A DNA stretch of 64,000 nt from an uncultured Alphaproteobacteria bacterium (GCA_902560725.1 CACEMR010000001.1:65027-129026); one strand, 5' to 3'; positions 28,254 to 38,337 are shown, numbered from the stretch's first letter. Notes: a model not told the origin generated them from the sequence alone. Numbers and translations: made by a program.

Positions 28254-29593
28254 TATCTATCATGCATATAGTTTGAGATACCAGTTCGTAATTTTTCGAT
28301 AATCTCATCTATATGTTTTTTCTCACAAATAAATGGTGGAGCAACGATTAAACAATCCCCTGTAGCTTTAAGACTTAAACCAGCTTCAAAAAGTTTTTTA
28401 AAACAAGCGTATCCAGCTTTACCAAGTCTTTCATCCATTTTAATATCTATACCACCCATCATACCATAACCTCTAATGTCAGTAATAATATCCAAATCTT
28501 TAAGACTAAAAAGACCATCTAAAAAATAAGGTGACATATCTTTGGCCCTATTAAATAAATCTTCTTTTTCAATTATATCTTGCATCGCTAATCCAGCAGC
28601 CATTGAAACCGGTATTGCCGAATAAGTATATCCATGAAAGAATTCAATTGCACCAGTTGGTGAAGCATCAATAATTGTATCGTATATTCCATCCCTTGAA
28701 GCAACTGCGCCAAGAGGAACTACACCATTTGTAATAGCTTTAGCCATTGTCATAATATCAGGACATACATCAAAAGCTTGTGCTCCAAAAGGGGCTCCCA
28801 TTCTTCCCCATCCTGTTATAACTTCATCAAAAATTAATAAAATTCCATGTTTATCACATAACTCTCTTAGTCTTTTTAAATACCCTTTTGGAGGAACTAA
28901 TGTGCCAGTTGATCCTGCAACTGGTTCAACAATACATGCAGCAATATTTTCAGCTCCAATATTACCTGCTATTCTCTCTAAATCATCAGCTAAATCTGCA
29001 CCATTCTCTGGCTCACCTTTTACATATTTATTTTCAGGTAAATGAGTATGTCTAAGATGATGAACATTTGGCATTAGAATATTTGAAAAAGTTTTTCTAT
29101 TAGCTATCATACCACCAACAGAAATACCTCCGATATTCATGCCATGATAACCTCTCTCCCTTCCAACTATGTGTGACCGATGTCCTTCTCCTTTTGCTTT
29201 AAAATAAGCAATTGCTGTTTTAATGGCTGTCTCCACGGCAGAAGATCCACAAATTGTAAAAAAAATTTTGTTTAAGTCTTCAGGTGTGTGTTTAGAAATT
29301 TTTCTTGCTAAATCAAATGAGCCACCAAAACCTTGTTGAAAAGGTTGAACATAATCTAATTGTTCTAATTGATTTGAAACTGCTTCACGAATTTCTGGTC
29401 GTGAATGACCAGCTGGACTACAAAATAAACCAGAACTGGCATCAATTAACTGATTACCATAATGATCTGTATAATAAACACCTTCTGCTTTAACCATTAA
29501 TCTAGGGCTATTTTTATAATCCCTATTAGAGGTAAATGGCATCCAATGTTCTTCTAGAGAATTTGGTATTTCAGTTCTTTTTTCTAAGTCCAT
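28253..29593 (-). CDS. class III aminotransferase, omega-amino acid:pyruvate type (candidate taurine:pyruvate aminotransferase)
   Basis: HWMPFTSNR, GYHG, FDEVITGWGRMG, the PLP-lysine context MTMAKAITNG and HGYTYS. Translationally coupled to ald. Confidence 0.85.
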   Translation of the reverse strand: MDLEKRTEIPNSLEEHWMPFTSNRDYKNSPRLMVKAEGVYYTDHYGNQLIDASSGLFCSPAGHSRPEIREAVSNQLEQLDYVQPFQQGFGGSFDLARKISKHTPEDLNKIFFTICGSSAVETAIKTAIAYFKAKGEGHRSHIVGRERGYHGMNIGGISVGGMIANRKTFSNILMPNVHHLRHTHLPENKYVKGEPENGADLADDLERIAGNIGAENIAACIVEPVAGSTGTLVPPKGYLKRLRELCDKHGILLIFDEVITGWGRMGAPFGAQAFDVCPDIMTMAKAITNGVVPLGAVASRDGIYDTIIDASPTGAIEFFHGYTYSAIPVSMAAGLAMQDIIEKEDLFNRAKDMSPYFLDGLFSLKDLDIITDIRGYGMMGGIDIKMDERLGKAGYACFKKLFEAGLSLKATGDCLIVAPPFICEKKHIDEIIEKLRTGISNYMHDR

Positions 29594-29711
29594 TTTTTTC
29601 CTTTGAAATTAATTGAGTATATGAAAATTAGCCTAAATCAAAGAATATTTATTTGATTAAATACAAATATCATAGGAAAAAATGTAGCAGTGGTATAGAG
29701 AGAGAGAAAAT

Positions 29712-30611
29712 ATGACTGCATTACCAGAAGATCTTAAAAATATAGCTATAAAGACACCTAAGATTTCAGCCGCAGTGGTTTGTCCTGATCAAGAGACTGT
29801 ATTATCTGCAGTGAAAGAAGCAAAAGATATAAATTTAATCAATCCAACTTTAATAGGCGACAAAAATTTAATTGCAGAAACTGCAATAAAATTAAATTTG
29901 GATATTAAAGATTATAATATTATAGAAACAAGCGACAGAGAAGAAAGTGCTGCAGTTGCCTGTCAAATGGCAAGTGAAAATAAAATAAAAATTATTATTA
30001 AAGGAAATTTACATACAGATATTTTAATGAGATTTTATTTAAAAAAAGAATTTTCTTTACTTGAAGGTAAAAGACTAAGTCATATTTGGCATATGACAGC
30101 ACCTGAACTAAAAAAACCTCTTTTTATAACTGATGGTGCACTAAATGTTTTGCCTCGAGTTGAAATTAAATTACAAATCTTAAAAAATGCTGTTCAGTTT
30201 TGTAATAAATTAAATATTTCCAAACCAAAAGTTGCAATTTTATCTGGAACAGAGGATCCGATAGATAGTATGCCAAGTTCTATAGAAGCTAAAAAAGTTA
30301 TGGAACAAGCGCATGAAGAAAAAATTAATGCCTTTATTCATGGTCCTCTTGCATTCGATAATGCTGTGTCTGAACAAGCTGCTAAAATAAAAAATATAGA
30401 TAATGAAGTAGCTGGTAAAGCGGATATAATATTAGTTCCTAATTTAGAAACTGGAAATTCTCTATCCAAAATGATGGTCTATTTTATGAATGCTTGTGCT
30501 GCTGGAATAGTTATTGGAGGTAAGACACCTGTAGTTGTACCTAGTAGAGCAGATAGCAAAAATTCAAAAATAGCATCAATTATGGCTGCAGTAGTCGCAA
30601 TCCAAAATTGA
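29712..30611 (+). CDS. pta: phosphate acetyl/butyryl-transferase (short Pta type)
   Basis: 299 aa with PTA_PTB-like segments (HGPLAFDNA, ADIILVPNLETGN, PSRADS). This short form commonly accompanies xsc. Confidence 0.7.
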   Translation: MTALPEDLKNIAIKTPKISAAVVCPDQETVLSAVKEAKDINLINPTLIGDKNLIAETAIKLNLDIKDYNIIETSDREESAAVACQMASENKIKIIIKGNLHTDILMRFYLKKEFSLLEGKRLSHIWHMTAPELKKPLFITDGALNVLPRVEIKLQILKNAVQFCNKLNISKPKVAILSGTEDPIDSMPSSIEAKKVMEQAHEEKINAFIHGPLAFDNAVSEQAAKIKNIDNEVAGKADIILVPNLETGNSLSKMMVYFMNACAAGIVIGGKTPVVVPSRADSKNSKIASIMAAVVAIQN

Positions 30612-30639
30612 TTTCTTTCTATCAACTTTATAAATAATC

Positions 30640-31500
30640 ATGAGTTTAAGACATTATTTGTTAATTTTAATCATTACAATTTTATTTGGTAGCGCTTATC
30701 CAGTTCAAAAAGTTATTTTTAATGAAAATGTCCCTCCTCTATTAATGGGCAGTTTAAGAATGCTAGTTGTCTTCATTTGCTTAATCCCTTTTTGGAAATT
30801 TAAAATTCCAAATAAAAAATATTGGCTACCTCTTTTTTGTTTTTCCATATCAATGGGCTTTTTGGCAAATGTTTTTATGACATTATCTTTAAATGAAGCA
30901 GGAATAGTTTCACCAATAATTATTGGATCACAACTTGCAATACCATTTGCTATATTATTAAGTTCATTTTTTTTAAATGAAACAGTTAGTATTAAAAAAT
31001 GGATCCTAATATTTATTTCTTTTTTTGGTATTATATTACTAGGTTTTGATCCACTAATAAGAAATGAAATATTTGCATTAATTCTTATAAGTTTTATGGC
31101 ATTTTTTTATGCGAGTGCTCAAGTATTTTCTAGATATTTAAAAGATTTAGAGGTTACACTAACTAATGCTGTAATGGGTTTAATAGGATTTATATTTTTA
31201 ATAATTTCTTCATTTATTTTTGAAGGTGAGACATTAAAACAAATTAAAAATATCAGCCTTCAGTCATGGTTATTAATTTTGCATTCCGGAATATTTGTTT
31301 CGATAGGTGCACATATGTCAATGTTCTATCTTTATAGAATATACCCAGTTAATAGAGTTTTTCCATTTTATGCATTATTTCCTGTATTTGGAATTTTATT
31401 AACATTTATGATATTTTATGAAATACCAACTTTAATTACTTTAATAGGTGGTTTTATTGTAATCGTAGCAACATATTTAATTAACAAAGAAAAAAATTAA
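30640..31500 (+). CDS. DMT-superfamily (EamA-like) transporter
   Basis: 286 aa, about 10 TM helices in a duplicated EamA arrangement. Confidence 0.75.
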   Translation: MSLRHYLLILIITILFGSAYPVQKVIFNENVPPLLMGSLRMLVVFICLIPFWKFKIPNKKYWLPLFCFSISMGFLANVFMTLSLNEAGIVSPIIIGSQLAIPFAILLSSFFLNETVSIKKWILIFISFFGIILLGFDPLIRNEIFALILISFMAFFYASAQVFSRYLKDLEVTLTNAVMGLIGFIFLIISSFIFEGETLKQIKNISLQSWLLILHSGIFVSIGAHMSMFYLYRIYPVNRVFPFYALFPVFGILLTFMIFYEIPTLITLIGGFIVIVATYLINKEKN

Positions 31501-31501
31501 T

Positions 31502-31897
31502 TTACTTTAATTCTCCTTTAGTTCGCATTTCATTTCTAATTTTAGTTGCAGAAATATCGTGAATTTCTTTTCCTAAGTCATGTTCAGTAAATGAATATCC
31601 AACTCCCCTTCCATATGAAATATCAATAATATTTGGAACTTTTACTACAACATACTCTTTGCCTTCAGAATATCCATGCTTACTTAACCCTTCATTAATT
31701 TTATTTTTTACTTCTTCAAATTGAAAAGGGTTGTCAGCCTGACCTTCTACACCTGCATCGACCCCGCCTACATCTCTATACATAATACAAACTTGACCAG
31801 TCTTTTGTAAAGCTCTCTTAAATAATTCTGTATGACCATCATGCCATGGTTGCCATCTACCTAGCATTTGTACAGTTGGTTTTTTCCAATCAAACAT
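31502..31897 (-). CDS. minimal HxGH nucleotidyltransferase (cytidylyltransferase-like / NadM-like fold)
   Basis: 131 aa. GRWQPWHDGH (HxGH motif) near the N-terminus and ISATKIR near the C-terminus, which are the two hallmark motifs of the nucleotidyl-transferase alpha/beta phosphodiesterase superfamily. Confidence 0.55.
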   Translation of the reverse strand: MFDWKKPTVQMLGRWQPWHDGHTELFKRALQKTGQVCIMYRDVGGVDAGVEGQADNPFQFEEVKNKINEGLSKHGYSEGKEYVVVKVPNIIDISYGRGVGYSFTEHDLGKEIHDISATKIRNEMRTKGELK

Positions 31898-32303
31898 TCT
31901 TAATCTCCTTTGCTAAATTTTCAATTTCTTCATCTGATAAAAACTTTGTTATTTTAATATCTGTTTTAATTGGCTGTTCGAACATTTTATTTGTATCTTC
32001 AAATCTACCTTCTTTAATTGTATCTAACCAAATAACAAAATCAGGATTGAATGCCTCTCTAGCTTTTTCAGTTGGGGCTACAAAATCACACATTACCCAC
32101 CGACCATTTTGTTTTTCAAAATCAGCAAATGTTTTCATTCTATTTGCTTGTCTAATTCGGCCTTCCATCGAAAAATCCCAATCATTAGCAGATTTTCTAA
32201 CTATATCTGCATTATACCATGCGCAATTTTCAATCACTTTTATAAGTCTCTCAGCAAGCCAAGTTTTTCCAGAACCAGGAAGTCCACAAATAAGTATTTT
32301 CAT
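31890..32303 (-). CDS. P-loop kinase, adenylylsulfate (APS) kinase-like
   Basis: 137 aa. Walker A GLPGSGKT is followed by YNADIVRKSANDWDFSMEGRIRQANRM...FVAPTEKAR, which aligns by eye with the CysC pattern LDGDNVR...LGFS..DR.ENIRR...FISP....R. Confidence 0.5.
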   Translation of the reverse strand: MKILICGLPGSGKTWLAERLIKVIENCAWYNADIVRKSANDWDFSMEGRIRQANRMKTFADFEKQNGRWVMCDFVAPTEKAREAFNPDFVIWLDTIKEGRFEDTNKMFEQPIKTDIKITKFLSDEEIENLAKEIKNV

Positions 32304-32316
32304 TTTTTATATTGAA

Positions 32317-33102
32317 TTAGTTTCTTGCAATAAAGTACGGGTTAATAACATTTTCTTTAGTGTTGTATAGTATTTTATTATTATCAATATTATTGATTGA
32401 GCCACCTGCTTCTTCTAAAATAATATGACCTGCTGCTATATCCCATTCTGAAGTCGGTCCTAACCTAGGATAAATATCTGCGCCTCCCTCTGCAAGAAGA
32501 CAAAATTTTAATGAACTGCCTATTTTTACTAATTCATAAGAATTTAAATTATCGCTTAGCCATTTCTCAAACTTCTTATTAGAATGAGAACGACTACCGA
32601 TAACTCTAACAACATCGTTTGATTTTTTGTAAGTTTTAATGATCTTAAATTCATCAACAGTTTCAATGTTTGAATTAGTAATTATTTTAAAAGCTCCATT
32701 ATTTTTGATAGCATAATAAAGAAGAGATTTTGCAGGAGCATAAATGACACCAAATATTGGATAATTTTTTTCAATTAAAGAAATATTAACTGTAAATTCA
32801 CCATTTTTATTTATAAATTCTTTGGTTCCATCAAGTGGATCTATTAACCAGTATTTTTGCCACTCTTTTCTCTCATTCCAATCAATTAAACTTTCTTCAC
32901 TCAAAATTGGAAAGTTTGGTTCCAAGTTTTGCAATCTATTAATTATAATTTTATTTGAATTAATGTCAGCTTTTGTAAGAGGTGAATTATCTTCTTTAGA
33001 TTTTACAATTATATCATCATTATAAATTTTTAAAATTTCTTTACCGGCATCAATTGCAATGTTTAATATTTCCAAAAGTATTTTTGGATCATTTAATTTC
33101 AT
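32317..33102 (-). CDS. cysQ: 3'(2'),5'-bisphosphate nucleotidase (inositol monophosphatase family)
   Basis: WLIDPLDGTKEF and WDIAAGHIILEEAGG motifs; 261 aa. Confidence 0.8.
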   Translation of the reverse strand: MKLNDPKILLEILNIAIDAGKEILKIYNDDIIVKSKEDNSPLTKADINSNKIIINRLQNLEPNFPILSEESLIDWNERKEWQKYWLIDPLDGTKEFINKNGEFTVNISLIEKNYPIFGVIYAPAKSLLYYAIKNNGAFKIITNSNIETVDEFKIIKTYKKSNDVVRVIGSRSHSNKKFEKWLSDNLNSYELVKIGSSLKFCLLAEGGADIYPRLGPTSEWDIAAGHIILEEAGGSINNIDNNKILYNTKENVINPYFIARN

Positions 33103-33107
33103 AATAT

Positions 33108-34019
33108 CTAAATATAAATAAAATACATATAACTAAAATACAAAACTAACCCTATAACTCCGTAAGTTCTGCCTAGTTTTTTTGATAAATACATAAAACC
33201 AAGAATCATAAAAGTTATCAAAAGCATGAAAATTAAATCTTGTTTTGCTAAAACATTAGGCATTGAAAAATGATCAAAAAAAGAAATAACACCTAATACT
33301 CCCAATACATTATAAATATTAGATCCTAAAATATTACCTAAGGCAAAATCTACTTTTCTCTTAAGTGCAGACATAACACCAACTACTAACTCAGGAAGTG
33401 ATGTGCCAAAAGCAATCAATGATAATCCAATAACAGTTTCAGAAACACTAAAGGTGTTTGCTAAATTTATTGCAGAACTTACAAATAACTCAGATCCATA
33501 AATTAGAAAAACTATACCAATTATAATCAAGGAAATTGAAATTATTGTTGAGTAATCCCCTTTATTAATTTCATCTATGTTTACAGATCCTCTTTTGATC
33601 TGAATGTACATAATAAATGTTAGTAAAGTTAATGATAGAATTCCAAATACAAAATTAAAATAAAAGTAACTCATAAAAATTAGAGCTATGCCTAGTACAA
33701 TATTTATCCAAGCTTGATTAATTTGATTATTATTAATATTAGTTATTGGAAAAATTATTGTAGTTGCTGCCATTACTAAAATTAAATTTGCAATATTACT
33801 TCCAACAACTGCGCCTAATGCTAAATCTGCATGTTGAGTAATAACCGCATTAATACTACTTGCTAATTCAGGAAGAGAAGTTCCTCCTGCAACAATGACG
33901 ACACCTATCGCAAAAAGAGAAATATTTAATTTTTTTCCAAAACTAACTGATCCCCTTATGACTACTTCTGCTCCAGCAACCAGAATAATCAAACCTAAAA
34001 TTAAATATAAAAAATCCAC
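33108..34019 (-). CDS. CaCA-family cation (Na+/Ca2+) exchanger, YrbG-like
   Basis: Two alpha-repeats GGTSLPELASS and FGTSLPELVVG, about 10 TM helices. Confidence 0.8.
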   Translation of the reverse strand: MDFLYLILGLIILVAGAEVVIRGSVSFGKKLNISLFAIGVVIVAGGTSLPELASSINAVITQHADLALGAVVGSNIANLILVMAATTIIFPITNINNNQINQAWINIVLGIALIFMSYFYFNFVFGILSLTLLTFIMYIQIKRGSVNIDEINKGDYSTIISISLIIIGIVFLIYGSELFVSSAINLANTFSVSETVIGLSLIAFGTSLPELVVGVMSALKRKVDFALGNILGSNIYNVLGVLGVISFFDHFSMPNVLAKQDLIFMLLITFMILGFMYLSKKLGRTYGVIGLVLYFSYMYFIYI

Positions 34020-34027
34020 TTAATAAA

Positions 34028-35797
34028 TTATTGAATAACAGTGTCTTTTGGATCTATTCCTGCGACTTCAACAGGTGTTTTCATTGCATCCCTTCTAAAT
34101 GGCTCTCCAAGTTCTTGATTTAACATAACTTCTATAAAAGTTGTGATACCTTCCATTTGTTCCTTACAAGAAAGTTTTAGTGCTTCTGTTAGCTCTTCTT
34201 GTGTATGGGCTATTATTCCTTTAAAGCCACAAGCTTCAGCTATTTTTGCATAACTTAGTTTTGGGTCAAGTTCGGTTCCTATGAAATTATTATCATACCA
34301 AAGAGTTGTGTTTCTTTTTTCTGCGCCCCATTGATAGTTTCTAAATATTATCATTGTAATATTAGGCCATCCTTCTCTATTGCAAGACGTCATTTCACTC
34401 ATACTAATACCAAATGCACCATCACCAGCAAATCCAACTACAGGTGTATTTGGACACCCAATTTTAGCTCCTAACACAGATGGAAAACCGTATCCACATG
34501 GGCCAAACAAACCTGGAGCTAAATATTTTCTTCCATTTTCAAAAGTTGGGTATGCGTTACCAATTGCACAATTATTTCCAATATCACTAGATATGATTGC
34601 ATCTTCCGGTAAGCCAGCCTGTATAGCTCTCCAGGCCATTCTTGGAGACATTTTCTCTGGCTCCCTATCTCTTGAATCCTTATTCCAAGAGGTACCAGGA
34701 TCATCATCTTCATGATCAAGACCAGTTAATGTTTGTAACCATGATGATTTTTTTTGATGTATAAATTCTTCTCTTTCTTTTCTGTTTTCATCTCCGGCAG
34801 TGGATGAAAGATTTTCTAATATTTGCTTAGAAACTAATTTAGCATCTCCACAAATGCCAACGCTAATTTTTTTTGTTAATCCAATTCTATCCGAATTAAT
34901 ATCTACTTGAATTATATCTGCATTTTTAGGCCAGTAATCTATACCATATCCTGGGAGAGTAGAAAATGGATTCAGTCTTGTTCCTAGAGCAAGAACCACA
35001 TCTGCTTTTGAAATTATTTCCATTGCTGCTTTTGAACCATTGTATCCTAGTGGACCAATAGCTAAGGGATGTTTTCCAGGAAAACTATCATTATGTTGAT
35101 AACCACATGCCACAGGTGCGCTTAATTTTTCAGATAATTTTTTACAGTCATCAATAGCGTCAGATAAAATTACTCCTGCACCAGATAATATAACAGGAAA
35201 TTTTGCATTAGATAATAGTCCTGCTGCTTTTTTGATTGCATCGATACCTCCGGTTGGTCTTTCAAATTTAATAATTGAAGGCAGTTCAATATCAACTACT
35301 TGTGTCCAATAATCTCTTGGTATATTTAATTGTGCAGGTGCTGAACCTTTAATGGCTTTTGAAATTACTCTGTTTAATACTTCTGCAACTCTAGTTGGAT
35401 CTCTTACTTCTTCTTGATAACAAACCATATCTTTAAATAAATTCATTTGTTCAACTTCTTGAAATCCACCCTGACCCATAGTTTTATTTGCGGCTTGAGG
35501 TGTTACTAATAACATTGGTGTGTGATTCCAATATGCTGTTTTAATTGGAGTAACAAGTCCGGTTATTCCTGGTCCATTTTGTGCAATACACATAGCGATT
35601 TTTCCTGTTGATCTAGTGTATCCATCAGCCATTATTCCACCGTTTGACTCATGAGCTACATCCCAAAATGTAATTCCAGCTTTAGGGAATAAATCAGAAA
35701 TTGGCATAAAGGCAGATCCTATAATGCCAAAAGCATGCTGTATGCCATGTTTTTGCAAAACTTTTACAAATGCTTCTTCTGTTGTCATTTTCGGCAT
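34028..35797 (-). CDS. xsc: sulfoacetaldehyde acetyltransferase
   Basis: The N-terminus MPKMTTEEAFVKVLQKHGIQHAFGIIGSAFMPISDLFPKAGITFWD matches my memory of Xsc very closely. ThDP motif GDGAFGISMSEMTS...N. 589 aa, with AGGGAG upstream of the ATG. Confidence 0.85.
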   Translation of the reverse strand: MPKMTTEEAFVKVLQKHGIQHAFGIIGSAFMPISDLFPKAGITFWDVAHESNGGIMADGYTRSTGKIAMCIAQNGPGITGLVTPIKTAYWNHTPMLLVTPQAANKTMGQGGFQEVEQMNLFKDMVCYQEEVRDPTRVAEVLNRVISKAIKGSAPAQLNIPRDYWTQVVDIELPSIIKFERPTGGIDAIKKAAGLLSNAKFPVILSGAGVILSDAIDDCKKLSEKLSAPVACGYQHNDSFPGKHPLAIGPLGYNGSKAAMEIISKADVVLALGTRLNPFSTLPGYGIDYWPKNADIIQVDINSDRIGLTKKISVGICGDAKLVSKQILENLSSTAGDENRKEREEFIHQKKSSWLQTLTGLDHEDDDPGTSWNKDSRDREPEKMSPRMAWRAIQAGLPEDAIISSDIGNNCAIGNAYPTFENGRKYLAPGLFGPCGYGFPSVLGAKIGCPNTPVVGFAGDGAFGISMSEMTSCNREGWPNITMIIFRNYQWGAEKRNTTLWYDNNFIGTELDPKLSYAKIAEACGFKGIIAHTQEELTEALKLSCKEQMEGITTFIEVMLNQELGEPFRRDAMKTPVEVAGIDPKDTVIQ

Positions 35798-35931
35798 ATT
35801 TACTCCCTTTAATTGTATTTTATCCCTATAATATATTAAAATATAAATGAACCATAATAATTTTTTTTTAATAAATACTTTATTGTATAAAATTGAATTT
35901 ATAGAAAATTTACTTATTTACGACAGTTAAA

Positions 35932-37764
35932 ATGACGCTTCAAGGACAAGAGATTATCAGAAATATTTCAAAGACCCTTCCAAAGCAACCTGGCGTATAC
36001 CAAATGCTAGATGAAAAAGGGAATATTTTATATATTGGTAAAGCTAAAAATATTTTTAATAGAGTAAAAAATTACGTATCAATCAATAGCCTTACTAGAA
36101 GAATTCAAAGAATGGTTAGTATGACTAAAGATATGAATTTTTTTGTAACAAATACAGAATTTGAGGCAATTATTTTAGAATGTAATTTGATTAAAAAACA
36201 TAAACCAAGATTTAATATTTTATTAAGAGATGATAAATCATTTCCATATATATTTATTTCTTCTGAACATAATTATCCAAGAATTGAAAAGCATAGAGGG
36301 GCTAAGGATAAAAAGGGGAGATATTATGGCCCATTTGCCAGTCCCGATGCAGTAAACAAAACGATAAATACAATTCAAAGAATTTTTCTTTTAAGATCTT
36401 GTACTGACAAAGAAGTTTCAGCAGGAAATAAGCTTTGTTTTAATTATTATTTAAAAAGATGTTCTGGACCATGTGGGGGAAAAATTTCTCAAGCAGAATA
36501 TTCAAAACTTGTTGAGTCAGCGGATGAGTTTTTAACCAGTGGAAACTATGAAAAGATTCAAAAAAAATTTTCCAATCAAATGTTCATAGCTTCAGAAAAG
36601 AAAAACTTTGAATTAGCCGCATCACTAAGAGATAGGCTCAAGGCTCTAAAACATATTTCTCAAAATAATTCTATAAATATTAAAGATATAAATGATGCAG
36701 ATATTTTTGCTATTACAACTAAAGAAGGAAAGACATGCATATATGGGAGTTTTTATAGAAATAATTCATCTTATGGAGGCAAGGCCTTCTATCCTGATCA
36801 CGATAATTTATCTGAAGTAGATGAAATTATTATTGGTTTTTTAAATATATTTTATGCTGAAAAAGAAATTCCAAAATATATAATTACAAATATAGATATA
36901 AATAAAAAATTAGATTTACATGTATTTGGTAAAAATTTTGAAAAAACTAAATTTTTAAGACCTCAAAAAGGTCCAAAAAAAAATTTATTAAAATTTGCTG
37001 AAGAAAATTCTCGAATAAATTTAGAACTAAAATTAAATAAATTAAAATCATTCGATAATTTTACTAATGAAATAAAAAAAATATTTAAGATAGACAGAGA
37101 CATAAAAAAAATTGAAGCATATGATAACAGTCACACATTTGGAAAATTTCCTATAGGAGTAATGATTGCTTATAATAATAATGGGTTTTTAAAATCAAAT
37201 TATAGAAAATTTAATATTAAATTTAATATTGATAATAATAAAAATACAATTGATGATTACTATATGATGAAAGAAATGCTTATAAGAAGATTTAAAAATA
37301 TTAAATTTTCAGAGGAAATAGAATTGCCAGATTTAATAATTATTGACGGTGGTAAAGGTCAGTATAATTCCGTAAAGAGCGCTTTAGATAATTTAAACAT
37401 AAACATTCCTATTATATCAATGGCTAAAGGAGCCGAGAGAGATTCAGGAAGGGAAATATTAATCCATGAGAAGGTTTCTTATAGACTTAATAATAACAAC
37501 CCGCTTTTACATTTTTTACAAAATATAAGAGATGAAGTTCATAGATTTGCTATTACAACTCATAGAAGTAAAAGGTCTAAAATGAGTGTTAGATCAGTGT
37601 TTGATGATATTGAGGGAATTGGTCCACAAAGAAAGAAAATATTAAAAAAACATTTTGGAACAGTAGAAAATATAAAAACAGCTAGTTTAGAAGATTTGAA
37701 ACAGGTAAAATCTATACCTTTTGCTATGCTTAAAAAAATATATGAATATTTTCATAGCACTTAA
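35932..37764 (+). CDS. uvrC: excinuclease ABC subunit C
   Basis: GIY-YIG N-terminus (GVYQMLDEKGNILYIGKAKN), UVR domain and C-terminal HhH region; 610 aa. Confidence 0.95.
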   Translation: MTLQGQEIIRNISKTLPKQPGVYQMLDEKGNILYIGKAKNIFNRVKNYVSINSLTRRIQRMVSMTKDMNFFVTNTEFEAIILECNLIKKHKPRFNILLRDDKSFPYIFISSEHNYPRIEKHRGAKDKKGRYYGPFASPDAVNKTINTIQRIFLLRSCTDKEVSAGNKLCFNYYLKRCSGPCGGKISQAEYSKLVESADEFLTSGNYEKIQKKFSNQMFIASEKKNFELAASLRDRLKALKHISQNNSINIKDINDADIFAITTKEGKTCIYGSFYRNNSSYGGKAFYPDHDNLSEVDEIIIGFLNIFYAEKEIPKYIITNIDINKKLDLHVFGKNFEKTKFLRPQKGPKKNLLKFAEENSRINLELKLNKLKSFDNFTNEIKKIFKIDRDIKKIEAYDNSHTFGKFPIGVMIAYNNNGFLKSNYRKFNIKFNIDNNKNTIDDYYMMKEMLIRRFKNIKFSEEIELPDLIIIDGGKGQYNSVKSALDNLNINIPIISMAKGAERDSGREILIHEKVSYRLNNNNPLLHFLQNIRDEVHRFAITTHRSKRSKMSVRSVFDDIEGIGPQRKKILKKHFGTVENIKTASLEDLKQVKSIPFAMLKKIYEYFHST

Positions 37765-37793
37765 AATCATCTTAATTTAGATATAAATTATAA

Positions 37794-38336
37794 ATGAATT
37801 TATCCAATTTTCTTACTTTAATAAGAATTGCTGTAATACCAATAATTGTTTTTTGTATATATCTTAAAAATCCTTACTTTGGTTGGATAGCATTTGTTTT
37901 ATTTTGCCTAGCAAGTATAACTGATTATTTTGATGGATATATAGCCAGACTAAGAAATGAAGTTACTAATTTTGGAACTTTCCTAGATCCTATTGCTGAT
38001 AAGCTATTAGTTGCTGCAGTAATTTTAATCTTAACTTCTAAGGGCGTGATTAGTGATTGGGATACAGTCCCAGCTCTTATAATACTATTAAGAGAAATTA
38101 CTGTATCTGGATTAAGAGAGTATTTGGCAGGAATAAAAGTGAGTATTCCTGTTTCTACAATAGCTAAATCAAAAACATTATTTCAATTGTCAGCACTTGC
38201 TTTATTAATACTATCTGAAAGTAGTATTGATATGACTCCAATTTTATATCTAGGAAAAATTTTTTTATGGGTAGCAGCTGTGTTAACCTTATATACCGCT
38301 TATGATTATGTAAAAGGTTCAGTAAAACATTTTTAA
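37794..38336 (+). CDS. pgsA: CDP-diacylglycerol--glycerol-3-phosphate 3-phosphatidyltransferase
   Basis: CDP-alcohol phosphatidyltransferase motif DYFDGYIAR...G..LDPIADK. Confidence 0.9.
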   Translation: MNLSNFLTLIRIAVIPIIVFCIYLKNPYFGWIAFVLFCLASITDYFDGYIARLRNEVTNFGTFLDPIADKLLVAAVILILTSKGVISDWDTVPALIILLREITVSGLREYLAGIKVSIPVSTIAKSKTLFQLSALALLILSESSIDMTPILYLGKIFLWVAAVLTLYTAYDYVKGSVKHF

Positions 38337-38337
38337 A

